The notes beneath the pieces were generated by a model. That model was not told the DNA's origin, did not search any database, and saw nothing but the letters and a program-made list of their open reading frames with translations. The translations under genes and the position numbers were made by a program. Positions 27,427 to 39,886 of a stretch of DNA of 64,000 nucleotides are shown here, piece after piece; positions within the stretch are counted from its first letter, which is position 1; each line of letters begins with the position of its first letter. The stretch is from Adineta vaga (taxonomy: Eukaryota > Animalia > Rotifera): the NCBI GenBank assembly GCA_021613535.1, contig CP075494.1:11966001-12030000 (forward strand), read 5' to 3'.

Positions 27427-28495
27427 ATGACAAATCTAATTTCTGTAGCGGATCATACCGTTAATCGGCCACCTTTGTGTCGTTCAGATCAACAACCAAA
27501 TTTACTTGAATATATTGATACAACATTAAATGAATCATTTTCATTAAATTTAACTTTAACAAGAACAATAACAAGTGGTTACGATCAATTCAGTAATACC
27601 ATTCTCGATCAATATTTACTTTATTTATTATGTCAAAAAATTCATCCAAATCGATCGGATCCATTAACATATGATTTATATCAATTATTACATCAATTAA
27701 TAGTTTTAAATGGAAAAATTTCCAAAGCGTTTTTAGAATATTCACCACCGATAACTAATCGAGCAATGTATCAAAGTATTTACAATAGTTATGCCAATTT
27801 TATTTGGAATGAACTTAATGTCAATGTTTTATTGGAATTAGGTATGAACAATTATAATGAGACACTTCATTACATATAATTATGTGTATTTCTTTATTTT
27901 AGGTTGTTTTCTCTTAAAATATCGTTTATGTGATATCTTTACTGTTAATACCGTTAGCAACAGATCGCTGAATAGTTTACGTCGACAAAAAATAATCGGT
28001 TATTTTCTGGAAATCATTGTTATTTATTATCTATCTTCACATTATCATGATTTTTTTATTCATTCTCGTTCGATTGATATGATATTTCCATCACCTGCAT
28101 TGTATTCTTCATTACCAAATCTTTATCAATATAATAAAGATGAAGAAAGAGAAACATTTCGTCGATTTCTTTGTGCAATTCATGATAATGGTGAAATTTC
28201 GTTTGATCTACGACAAATAAGATTAATCTTACAAAGTGATGGTTATCAATTTGTAAATAAAAAATTGGAAAATAAAAAATTTGATTTTATACATTTCTTC
28301 GAAAGAAATATTTTATATCAACAACAAAATGTATGTCGATCATTAAAATCACTCTGTCGTTTAGTCATTAAAATGCGTATTAAACAGTATCCAACTGATA
28401 TCAAACAATTATCCTTGTATCCATTCATCAATGATCGATTATTAAACTTTTTAATCTACAACAATAACAAATTTGCTTTCCAATCATATGTATGA
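27427..28495 (+). CDS. Uncharacterised protein with a C-terminal SOCS box, intron 27842-27902
   Basis: C-terminal 'RSLKSLCRLVIKMRIKQYPTDIKQLSLYPFINDRLLNFL' fits a BC-box plus Cul5-box pattern. The two ORFs are joined by a canonical intron. Confidence 0.65.
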
Positions 28496-28648
28496 TGATT
28501 CCGAACAGTGGATAAATATTTTTCTGTATAGTAAAATATCTAATCAGGCTATAAGTTGTATTTAATAAAGTATTGTTTTTAGCACACTATTGGAATAGTT
28601 TGTTTTTTATGAAAAAAAGAGATGATTAAGAAGATGTTTTATTTGCTT

Positions 28649-30108
28649 TTAACGTGTACGAGCAAATTCAACATTAAGATCAACTTTAACAAATTGACGT
28701 TTATAGGCTTCCATAGGTCCTTGTTCACCGGTGCCACGTGCATTAGCAACATACATGATATTATCGGTTAAATCATAAACACCAACATGTAAATCACCAG
28801 TTTTAACAACAGATGTAATATTTTTAATTGATAATTCAGGTGTAATTTGTCCATATTGATCAATAATAGCTCGATATAATTTATATTGTCGTGATGGACA
28901 TAACCAATCCATACCGGAGTAAACAGCATGTGGAATACGTGGATGCCAATCAGCTAATGGTTGTAAATTTTGATCATCAAAAAAGTTAACTTTCGAATGT
29001 GAATATTGAACCATACGAGCTGTACCTAATTTACCATCAGCAATACCAAGAATCAAATGACATGTACGTCGAACATTTGAAATGAAAGAAAGAGCATCAT
29101 CAAGTGTTTCACTGAATTGTAAAATATGACGTTCAACAAAGATGAAGGGTAAACCAGTTATACTTTCATCACCAAATGTATCATCAGGAAATGAAACACC
29201 GATTTCAGATATACCAAGACGAAGTGATGACATACCAGTTAATGTACCGATATATCCTTTAAATAGATGAAAATAAACAATCAATTAATAGAACTAATTC
29301 AGAGAAAAGAAATTTACCAGCCCAAGCAACATTAGCAAATGGATGACCAAGTTTAGATGTACCAGGATGATAGATTGTAATAACAGGATAATCTTGTAAA
29401 CCACCATCAACATCCCAATCTAATGCACGTAATTGCAATGTTTTTCCTCCAAGTGTTGCATTACCCCAAAGACCATAGAGTGAACATCGACCTAGACAAA
29501 TTTATGTTTTATTCAAAACACAAGAATATCTCAGAAATAGTTCGTTTACCTCGTGTAATTTCTCCGAGCATATGTAATCTTATAATAGTTTTATAGTCAA
29601 TTTGTGCTGCATCAGCAATACCTCGCATTTCATTGTAAACTTCTTCATCCATATATTTTTTAACTAAATCATTTTGAATATCTAATGCAAATGGAAGACC
29701 TTTTTCAGCAATCAATTCTTCAAACCATTTTGGTAATTTTAAATCTTTTAAAGCATCCATAATTTCTTGTTCAAAATGTGCCCAAGCTCGAGGTAAAAGT
29801 TTATGAATTTGATCACGTAATAATGTTCCATAAGCATAACCAAAATCATAACCAGTATTACCATAAACATGAATTAACCATATTTGATCTTGACCAGCAC
29901 CAATTTGATAAAGTGTACCGTTTTCAACTTTATTAATAAGTCGAGCTTCACTTTCATCAATTGGAATCAAATTTGGATCACCACGTGTGGTATCATTAGA
30001 ACAAAATGCGCCAACATTTTTTAATATACCTGTCTTATGAGCAGAACTTGTTTGAATAACAAGAATTAATCCAAAGAGAAGAGAATAAATAGATTTATGA
30101 TCAAACAT
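28649..30108 (-). CDS. Secreted/lysosomal Ntn-hydrolase, acid-ceramidase-like (dcd1/C45-type), three exons
   Basis: Signal peptide; 'YDFGYAYGTLL', 'EMRGIADA'. Predicted autocleavage site and nucleophile 'ITRG|RCSLYGLWG', then 'LRALDWD' and 'GYIGTLTGMS'. Confidence 0.75.
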
Positions 30109-30647
30109 TTTCTTTTCGACTGATTTACTTTTACAAGAGCAAAAAAATCGCTTGATCACTGCTTTATATTTTATGAAATAAGAAAAACAAAACTTTTAAT
30201 GAGAAAATTGTACAGATGGTTTTCGTTTTACAAAATAAAAAAGGAAAACTAGAACGAAAGTGCATGATGACAAACGAATATATATTTCTCGAATAGAGTG
30301 TAAATTTAAGTGAAGCAATGATTCTATTCAATCCATATTGTTTCGATATTGCCTCATTGACATTTATCACAATAATAACAAACAATACATTTGATTGATC
30401 ATCAATAAGATCACATGTGGAATTATGTAACTAACTAAAATGTGTTGATAGCTGTTAGTAATTGATTACATGATCAATATAAATATGTATTGATTAACGT
30501 TTTCGTCTCTGCTCGTCACCGACATCTTACTTATCATATCACTCGATTGGTCAATGAAGAAGCTTTAAAAATAATTTTCATTTATCAATTTTTTGTTATG
30601 TAGTATCATGGCCATTGCATTTCATTCGAAACTATCTAAATTGCAAT

Positions 30648-31200
30648 ATGGTAATCAGATTATTTTATATATTTTTTCAAAATTAACAGTTTTTATTATT
30701 TTCAGTCATCATTTTTGAAAGATTTACCGTGTCAAAATCCAGACAATTTTACTCGAATTCATACGACTGGTGTTATCCGTCAGATAGTAAGACTATCTAA
30801 TCTATTCGTATCTTTTGATAGGATAATAAATATAATTCTCTTTAATTTAGTCTGTTCGACCAACTTATACTGCAGAACTTGATTCCAATGCAAAAGGTAT
30901 GATTCTTATCAAAGAAAACTCGAATTGTTCCATTGTTATTCAAATGTTCTATCTATTTGTAATGTTGAATAGAAATCATCAATGATCCAGTATCAATCCT
31001 TGTTCATCGTTTATCGTTAAAACCGGTGAGTAATTGATTATTATCAATTATGTTTCATAGATTCTTATTTCTTCTAGAAAGAAGAATGTCGAAAACGATC
31101 AATCAATGACGATGAAAGTCAAGTACCGTCAAGTGTTTTTGACCAAAGTAAACGACCTAAACAATCCACATCTACCGTTAGTGAACAAGCAACTAATTAA
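30648..31200 (+). CDS. DDA1: DET1- and DDB1-associated protein 1; exons 30648-30650, 30706-30786, 30851-30896, 30973-31025, 31078-31200
   Basis: Spliced product 'MSSFLKDLPCQNPDNFTRIH...SVRPTY...EIINDPVSILVHRL...RKR' matches the DDA1 pattern FLKxLPxxNxxNFxR..RP.Y..II.....IL. All four introns are GT-AG and in frame. Confidence 0.8.
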
Positions 31201-31266
31201 TTTCCATTTTTTGTTTTCTATACATATTTTATTTTTATCATAAAAAAAGCGAAAAGTAGGAGTGAA

Positions 31267-33257
31267 CTAAATTTCTTTTTTCTGTTGATTTGTTTTGGAA
31301 TTGATAGACGATAAAATCGGAACTTTTTCACGTAGAACATAATTTTGAGTAATTTGTACACGTGGATATTCTAACATTTGATACCAATGATTTCGATTCA
31401 TGCCATCAAAATTGACTCCAATACCCATACAACCAATCAATTCATTTAAACCAACACGATCATAATCAATTACTTTAAAGACTAAATTCGCATGTTGAAG
31501 TTCCTCATTACGTAAATCAAATTCTAAACTTTCATTGTAAATTGGATTAAGTGTATTTGATAGAACAGATGTTTTCTTCTTTCGAACTTTTTTACCATTA
31601 ATTAAAAGAAGAACTTTAACATATGGATCTGATTTACCAGTTATATCCATTGGTTTTAATGATGTGGCTTTAACAATCGTAACAGTAACACGTTTTGCAT
31701 TTGGTAAATAACATAACGAAACAGTCAATTCACCGAGATCAGGATCACTCTGAAAAAGAACATTTTCTTCATAGATTTTCTACAATGATTAAGGAGATTC
31801 TGTTGAAATGTATCGAAATCAGATTTTTTCCGTACCCGAAGGTGTTTTTTTTCCGATTGAATAATCTACTAGATTAATTAAATAACATAAATTTGATTCT
31901 TTAAGCGTCTGATATCCTTTTTTCTATTGTGAAAGTGCTTTGCACATTTAATTACATTGGCCAATTATTTATTTTCTCTACATTTTTGTTTTTCTATCAA
32001 TCTACTTAATTTGATCAAAGAGCATCTCACATTTTAGTTTTATTATTCGTCTTGCATATTCTACGAATGTCAATATAGAAAGACAGATCCCATTAGAATT
32101 GACAGTAAAACAAAATAATTATATTGATTGCTTTCTCAATCCTCGAAACTGATTCGTCCAAAAACTCGATTTAATCAAGAACTAACCTCAATACCAGGTA
32201 TAATATCTTGTGTAAATGCAACATCATAAGATGTAAGGTTTGGTATGGTATAAATTTCATCGATTTTCACCGTACCAATTAGATTTCGTTTTGCTGAACG
32301 ACGAAAATCATAAATTGCTAGTAATAAAATACGTTTTTGTAAATTATCGAAAGGAATTGAAAAATGAAATGTTTCATTAAATTGTGTTGATAGTGTATGT
32401 TTATAAAGTTTGGTTTGAAACTTTTTTCGACGATCAGGTAATAATGTTAATTTAACAAATGGATTTGGTAAACTTTTTGAAATCAAATTTCGATATGGTA
32501 ATTTATCAATTGATAGAATTGTTATGATTAATGAAGATAATGATTGATTGTAGAAAAGTGTAAATGTTATCTGACCTGTTCCATATGATGAATTATTTGA
32601 TGATATTTGTTTTTTATATAGATCAGGTTCTAATTTACCAAGATCATCTGTGATATAACGAATAGATTTCAATCCATTTAATCCAGGAATTTCAACAGAT
32701 TCCATTCGACGTAGACGATGACGTATAGGATATGTACATGTTGTATCTGTTGATTGTCGAATTAATGAACGAGAACGATAGGTTGCTTTTGTTTGTTCAT
32801 GAGTTATTTTATTTAATAAAATACTAACATCAACTGGCGGATTATTATGAAAAATAGGTCGAGAAAGAATTGCTTCATCCGATTTATTTGATTCGGAAAC
32901 ATGACGTTTTAATGTTGCATGACGATTTGATTGTTGTTCACTTATGAGTTTCGTATTTGACATTGAATTCAATATCGTTGTTGAAATCATTCGAGAATGA
33001 AGTAAATGATGATGATTACTTATAACGGATGATGTTGACGAACTTGAAAGCGATTGTGATGGACAAATTTGAGATGAAATGTCATTTATTGGTGAGTCTA
33101 ATTGTATTGTATCTTGTTCGGAATTGATTGATGAAGAAAATGGAAATTTAAAATTATCAACTGTTTGTCGAAATCTATCGACAAGAACAATTGTTGGCGT
33201 TGAAATTTTCTCCACTTGATTTTCAACAAATGTACGAAGGTTAAATTTATCATTCAT
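31267..33257 (-). CDS. Synaptotagmin-like tandem C2 protein without an N-terminal TM segment, intron 32186-31750
   Basis: 'LGKLEPDLY', C2A 'PFVKLTLLPDRRKKFQTK', C2B 'DLGELTVSLCYLP...LKPMDITGKSDPYVKV...KKKTSV...LNPIYNE'. Confidence 0.85.
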
Positions 33258-34337
33258 GGTAAATGTTTTTACATCTAAAAGGACATATCAATATTTCTTT
33301 CTATGCGCTTGTTTCATTTGTATTAATCATTGTCATCTGATGACATATAAGTTAAGTAAAAAAGAAGAAAAGTGATGCAGATGCAATAGAAGTAATAATA
33401 CATGTACTTACTTGAATTTTTAAGTAACCTTTGATTCTACGAAAGAAATAAAATAGAAAGTTTCTATATCTCATTTTGTATACTTATTACTGTGATGATG
33501 TCTGTCATTTTAATTGCTTATTCGTCTTTTTCTTCTCTAGTTTATATCATTTGTTTTGCCTGACATTCTTCACATCTTCCGAGGCGAAATTTCTCGAGAT
33601 AAAAAAAACACATGCTCAAGGGATTAAGAATATATTTAGTGAGCTGTCATTGCCTATGAAAATATGTGACTTGAATCATGCAAATCATCACCTCCACTTA
33701 ACAATCTTTACGATTATGCCTCATTCTAATAGAATAATTGTTTGGCAAATAAAATCGGTTTTCTTATTTAGAAATAACTATGTGTATCTAAAGACTTCAG
33801 TTTGACAAATATGATGACAAAACTGGGAAACAAGTTAAAACTATATATGAAGAAAGTTCTTCTCGGCAAGATGAGCATAAGAGCTAGGAAAGTGTTTTTC
33901 AAGTCGGAAATTAATTTTTTTTCTTTACGATTCTTTCGATAAAAAGTAATTATTTCAAATAATAAAGATTCACGACAAAATATTAACTAGAATATTGATT
34001 ATTGTACTTCTAACTGGTTTTTATCAAGTAAATCATTAACTATTTATTCTGATAACCAGCCAGGAAACTTTCATGCTAGCTTTTGATAAAAAAAAACATC
34101 TTGACAATCTATCACGAAATATAAATAGACAGAAAGAACTTTATTATAGAAATTAGAAATAGTACGAGAGAGCGACATCTAGAATTTTTTCATTTGCTTG
34201 GTTAAGAAGAATGGCTTACCAAAACTAAATCAATTTTCTTCCTCTTCTCGATATATATATAAATCCATTTACAGTTACAGTTAATCACTCAGATCTATTT
34301 CAAGAGGAAAAACAAAAACAAACTAATTTCGATAATT

Positions 34338-37149
34338 ATGTCTACTTGGCAACAACATGCTTTGTCAACTGCTGCAACAATCAATACAAATCCATTAGGA
34401 ACAAATCATAGTACAACTAATGGAACGAAAGCAGTTGAAAAATCAGATGGATTGGGAGAAATCAATCATACATCAGTACTATCCGGTGATTTCGGTATGT
34501 AAAACTTGAAAAAACGACTAACTTCTCATGTCAATTATGCAAAATTAGTAATTCATTTGTCCAATGAGATTGATCTTGAAAAGAGCCAGGGTTCGAATAA
34601 CATCGTAAGAAATCAAGGTTAACAGAGATATTCCCTTACATTCTTCCATATTAAAAGCATGATTCAAGGTCACATACTCAATACAAGTATTCATAATTAT
34701 GTACCTTATTTTTTGTTTTTTTTTCTTCAAGGAAAACTATACAATCAATCGGATTACAGTGATATTGAATTAATTATTGAATCTGAACATTTCTTTGCTC
34801 ATCGAATTATTCTTGCAGCACGATCAGAATATTTTCGTGCATTACTTTATGGAGGATTACGTGAATCTCAACATGAAAATCGACAGATTGAAATCAAAGA
34901 ATGTAAAGCAGCAGCATTTAAAATTCTTTTACTCTACATCTATACTGGACGGATTAATTTAATCAAAGAAAAAGTAAAGATTTAATTGGATATTTTTCTC
35001 AAAAATTTGAAGTTTAATTCTTTTAGGAAGATGTTTTGATTGATTTACTTGGATTAGTTCATCAATATGGATTTGAACGATTAGAAAATAGTTTATCAAT
35101 ATATTTAAAATCCATTCTATCATTGAATAATGTTTGTATGATTTATGATACTGCTTGTCTTTATGAATTAAATGGTCTTCGACAATATTGTGCACAATTT
35201 ATTGATAATTATGCAACAGAAATCATAAAAACCAGTGAATTTCTTGCCTTATCAGCTGTAAGTTTATTGAATTCATGATCAATCCATATTTATTATGATT
35301 TCATAGGAAGCATTCGCATCGACTATCTCTCGTAATTCATTTCATTGTCCTGAAATTGAAATATTCTATGCTGTTAAAAATTGGCACGAATATCATTATC
35401 GTGATCAGAATGAAAATTGGAAACCAATTGATGAAATTGTTTCGAAAGTTCGTTTGACATTAATGTCAATGAGTGAATTATTAAAAATTGTACGATATTC
35501 GAATTTATTTCATCTGAATTATATTATGGATGCGATTGATGCAATTCATTTGGAATCCAATACAACATCCGAGATCAATAATGAAAATCGAAATAAAAAT
35601 TATCGAGGAAGATTAAGAATCAATGAAAATATTGCAACAAAAGCGTATCTTGCTCAAGTTATCACAGGTAATTTCTCAAGCGAATTGTCTGTTTTTGATA
35701 ATTTGTATTTTGTAGGAGAAATGAAACATACGCTACTCGATGGTGATACAATCAATTATGATCTAGTTTGTATTCTTCGTGTTTTGTTTTTGAAGAGTTC
35801 TGTATTGGAAATTATTTGACTTAGGATCGTGGTTATACAAGACATCTGATTGATGATACACATAATATTTGTGTGAAATTAGATGGACCATCGATTATAA
35901 ATCATATCAAATTACTTCTTTGGGATAAAGATACTCGGTAAAAGAAACTACTAAAAGAACTAATATGATTTCTATCGAATTTTTTTCTAGTGCTTATTCT
36001 TATTATATCGAAATATCTGTTGATAATATCAATTGGACACGTGTTATTGATTATCGAGCATATTTATGTCGTTCATGGCAAAAATTATATTTTCCATCAG
36101 TCGTTGCAACGTATGTTTAATGATTCATGGATTTTAATCTTTATTCAGTTTTTTTTTCTTATTCAGATATATTCGTATTGTTGGTACACATAATACTGTC
36201 AATAAAGTCTTTCATCTTGTTTCTTTGGAAGTGTATTATATGCAAAAACCATTTGCTTTGATTGGAGATATTCTTGGTTTGAATAAAAAAACAAGAGAAT
36301 TTCAAATTTATCTTTGATTTTATTGTAGTTCCAACGGAAAATAGTGCAACAATAGAAGGTAGTGCTGTTGTATCAGAAGGTGTAAGTCGAATAAGAAATG
36401 CATTAATCAATGGTGATTATCAATCTTATGATTGGGATTCAGGTAAATTTCGTTTCGAAATAAAATACCAAAAAATCTAGCCTGTTATCTGTAGGTTATA
36501 CATGTCATCAGATTGGCTCCGGTGGAATTATTATTCAATTATGTCAACCCTATATTGTCAGTTCGATGAGGTAGGTATTTCTTATTTTTGAACATCGATT
36601 GAGTTTCTTTTCAATTAGATTGTTACTATGGGATTGTGATAATCGTTCATATTCATATTATATTGAAACATCCTATGATAGTGTTACATGGTCGAAAGTT
36701 GTCGATAAACGAACTTTGGCTTGTCGGTAAGGCAACTTTGATATTCATTTGATTTCAAAATTGATTATTCTTTGTGAAACAGATCATGGCAAATTCTAAC
36801 ATTTTCACCTCGTATCGTTGGTTTTATACGAATCTGTGGAACACATAATACAGCTAATGAAGTATTTCATTGTGTTCATTTTGAATGTCCATGTCAACCT
36901 GATGTGTTAAAAGCACATATGAATGAACAATCGTTAAATTCAACTAGCGACGAAAAAGAAGAGAATAGCGTTGAATATGAGCAATTTTATAAAGAATATG
37001 AACCTCTATTAGATAAATCGATTACTGATTCGTTATCTATAGCAGACAGTAATCTATCAATACAAACTCATACGATATTACCATTTATGATTAAATCGAA
37101 TTCAGCAGCAATCTTTGCTAATGAACATGAGAATGCTGAAAAAAACTAA
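34338..37149 (+). CDS. BTBD9: BTB/POZ domain-containing protein 9 (BTB-BACK plus two F5/8-type C-like domains), multi-exon
   Basis: 'GEINH', 'FFAHRIILAARSEYFRALLYGGLRES', 'NYRGRLRINENIAT', 'YDWDSGYTCHQIGSG', 'GTHNTANEVFHCVHFECP'. Confidence 0.93.
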
Positions 37150-37940
37150 TCGAATCCGTTTGTTTTTCTTTTTGTAGTTATTTTGTACATTGTATAAATC
37201 TTTAGTTGTTTTCTTGGAGAATATTTTAATTGTCTTGTGTAAAAATATTGTTGTATCGGTTCAGAAAAAGAAACACAATTAATACATTGCTTGTCATGTG
37301 TGAGATACGCTTTGTGAAAATATTATTTATGATAAATAAAATCCTTTATGATAAGTTTGATACGAACTATATAATTCCGAGAACTATGACGCAATATTAA
37401 AAATATATCCTATTGATTTTTGTAAATATGATAGAAGGAAATAAAACAATAATCGGTTTAATATTTGAAACAGAAAAGTCGGATTTTGTTAAGAACACGA
37501 TAAAGGTAAAGGCTAAGACGTGAGTTTTTTATGTATCAATACATATTTCGAATTATTTGATTATTCTTATCGTTAAATTTCTTCATTCTTCTTTTGATAC
37601 GGTTGATTGACGAAAAATATCTATGCTTTCTTTGATTATAGCTGACTAGTCATGTTATTATAAAGAAGAAATAGAAAGAAAAACGATTCTTTTTCTCTAT
37701 TTACATGAGCATGTCTAAATGATTTCGATCATATAAACCTATGACGAGTATCATTCTTTCAAATCATAATTATTACCAAGATATCACTTCAGTAGAAACA
37801 ATATTTTACCGAGGATTTCTCCTTGTGAGAGAGTAATTATTACATTTTTTTCCCTTCAATGTAAATTAGTAAGTGATGTCAAAGAGTGTAAAATGAAATT
37901 CGATTTTAATTATTGAATTTTAGCTCGTTATTTTTAAACA

Positions 37941-39354
37941 ATGGCAAGAATTTTTACAGATCGCAAAACAAAATTTATGCCATTTAGACGTACGAAACCG
38001 GGCATTGGCGCAGAAAATCGTACAACTATTGGAAATAATCAATTACAAAATAGACGATCAGTACAACTAGGAACGAATTTATTTTCATCGGGTACATTGG
38101 TGCATTTTTCTGATCCAACGTAAGTTTTTCTATGAATATTTGTTCACTAATATTGATGATTTTGTCGGCTTTTAGATCACCAGTTCAATTGAACGTTTTT
38201 ACTTATGATGAAAATATGTTTACAGAAGGAAAATATAAAAAGGTAGATGATATTCCACAACAATCATCGACATCATCGACAAATGTAACATGTATGTTTG
38301 AAAGATTAACTTTTATTTTCATATATCATTTTGATTCTTCTCTTAGGGATTGATGTTGATGGAGTTCATTATACAGATGTTATCACACAATTAGCCGATC
38401 GTTATGATATACATTCATTGGTACAAACAGATATAAAAACAACGGAACAACGTACAAAACTTGATGTTCTTGATGATGCTTTATTTCTCGTTTGTAAAGT
38501 CATATTTCGTGATATGGCAGTTACAGGAGAAACCATTATTGAACAAATGAGTTTCTATTTGAAAGATAATATTCTCATTACATTTCAAGAGAGACCAAAA
38601 GATTTATTTGACTCAATAAAAAGTAAATAATTAAGAAAATATTTTCTTTTTATCTGTTGAAAACTCATTTTTATTCTAGATCGGATTCGACAAGGCAAAG
38701 GTCGTATAAGAAGATCGAAAGTTGATTATCTTTTCTATTCTCTTGTTGATGTTATTGTTGATCATTATATGGATATATTGGATACAATGGGTTCAAAAGT
38801 TGAATCCATTGATAATCAATTAATGAAAACACTTAAACGTGATACATTAGAATCAATTTATGATATGAAACGTGATATGTTATATTTACGTTCAGTTATA
38901 TCACCATTAAAAGAAATCATTATTAAATTACAAAAAGAAGAAGAAACATCAATTATGCAAGAAAGTACGACTATTTATTTAAAAGATTTATTCGATCATG
39001 TCGTTCAAGTTAATGATTCAATTGATACATATCGAGAAATGTTAGCATCGTTTATTGATTTTTATATGATGTTAAATTCTAATGCGATGAATGAAGTTGT
39101 GAAAACTTTAACAATTATATCAACTATTTTTATACCATTAACATTTATAAGTGGAGTTTATGGCATGGTAAGAGGAGAAGTTTTTATTTTTCTTATTCTG
39201 GTTTTCAATTGAGAGATATTCTTCTTCTTATTTATAGAATTTTGAAAATATGCCAGAATTAACATATCATTATGGTTATTATATTGTACTTTCTGTTATG
39301 GCTGCATTGGCTCTTTTCATGTTAGCATGTTTTAAACACAAACATTGGTTTTGA
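37941..39354 (+). CDS. corA: CorA-family Mg2+/Co2+ transporter of prokaryotic type; introns 38120-38175, 38292-38346, 38623-38679, 39168-39237
   Basis: 'WIDVDGVH', 'EQRTKLD', 'EQMSF', 'ITFQE', 'RIRQGKGRIR..VDYLFY', 'IYLKDLFDHV', 'MNEVVKTLTIISTIFIPLTFISGVYGM|NFENMPEL...GYY' (signature GMN motif). Confidence 0.92.
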
Positions 39355-39886
39355 AAGCTTCGCTTTTTTTTTCTAAAAACATGTATGTAATATTCGATCT
39401 TATACAAATGTATTAAAAGAAGGAGAAAGAAATTAAGTACATTGATTTCATCATAAAATTCAATAGAAACTATATTAAAAGATTTGCTGTTCAAGTTTTC
39501 ATTGTAAAATAATGATACGAATATATAATTCAAATAGTTGTTTTAAAGATATCCACTTTCACGTTCAACAAACGGGTTCTATACTATTTCACTTATAGTC
39601 TTGTGCTCGAATGATTCACCAAGTATCTTCGTTCTATATATCGAGGTAAGTAAATATGCCTGTGACAGTGAATCATTTATTCGTCATGTTTGTGAAATAA
39701 CATGATTCATACGATATGAAACTAATTGCACAACCATTTTTTTCTTAGATTGCAGTATAAATTGAGATGAGTTTTTCTTTGTGCAGTCATTTGCTTACTA
39801 CTATCGTTTGTTTGACGGTAACTTTCATATAATTTTATACGTGTTCATTACGGCTCTATATTTTCACATAATAAAAAGAAAAAGAA

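Noticed and set aside
34545-34615. B-box-like GGGTTCGAAT in BTBD9 intron 1, suggesting a tRNA or SINE
   Set aside because: No convincing A-box, acceptor stem or cloverleaf could be built by eye; tRNAscan-SE would settle it.
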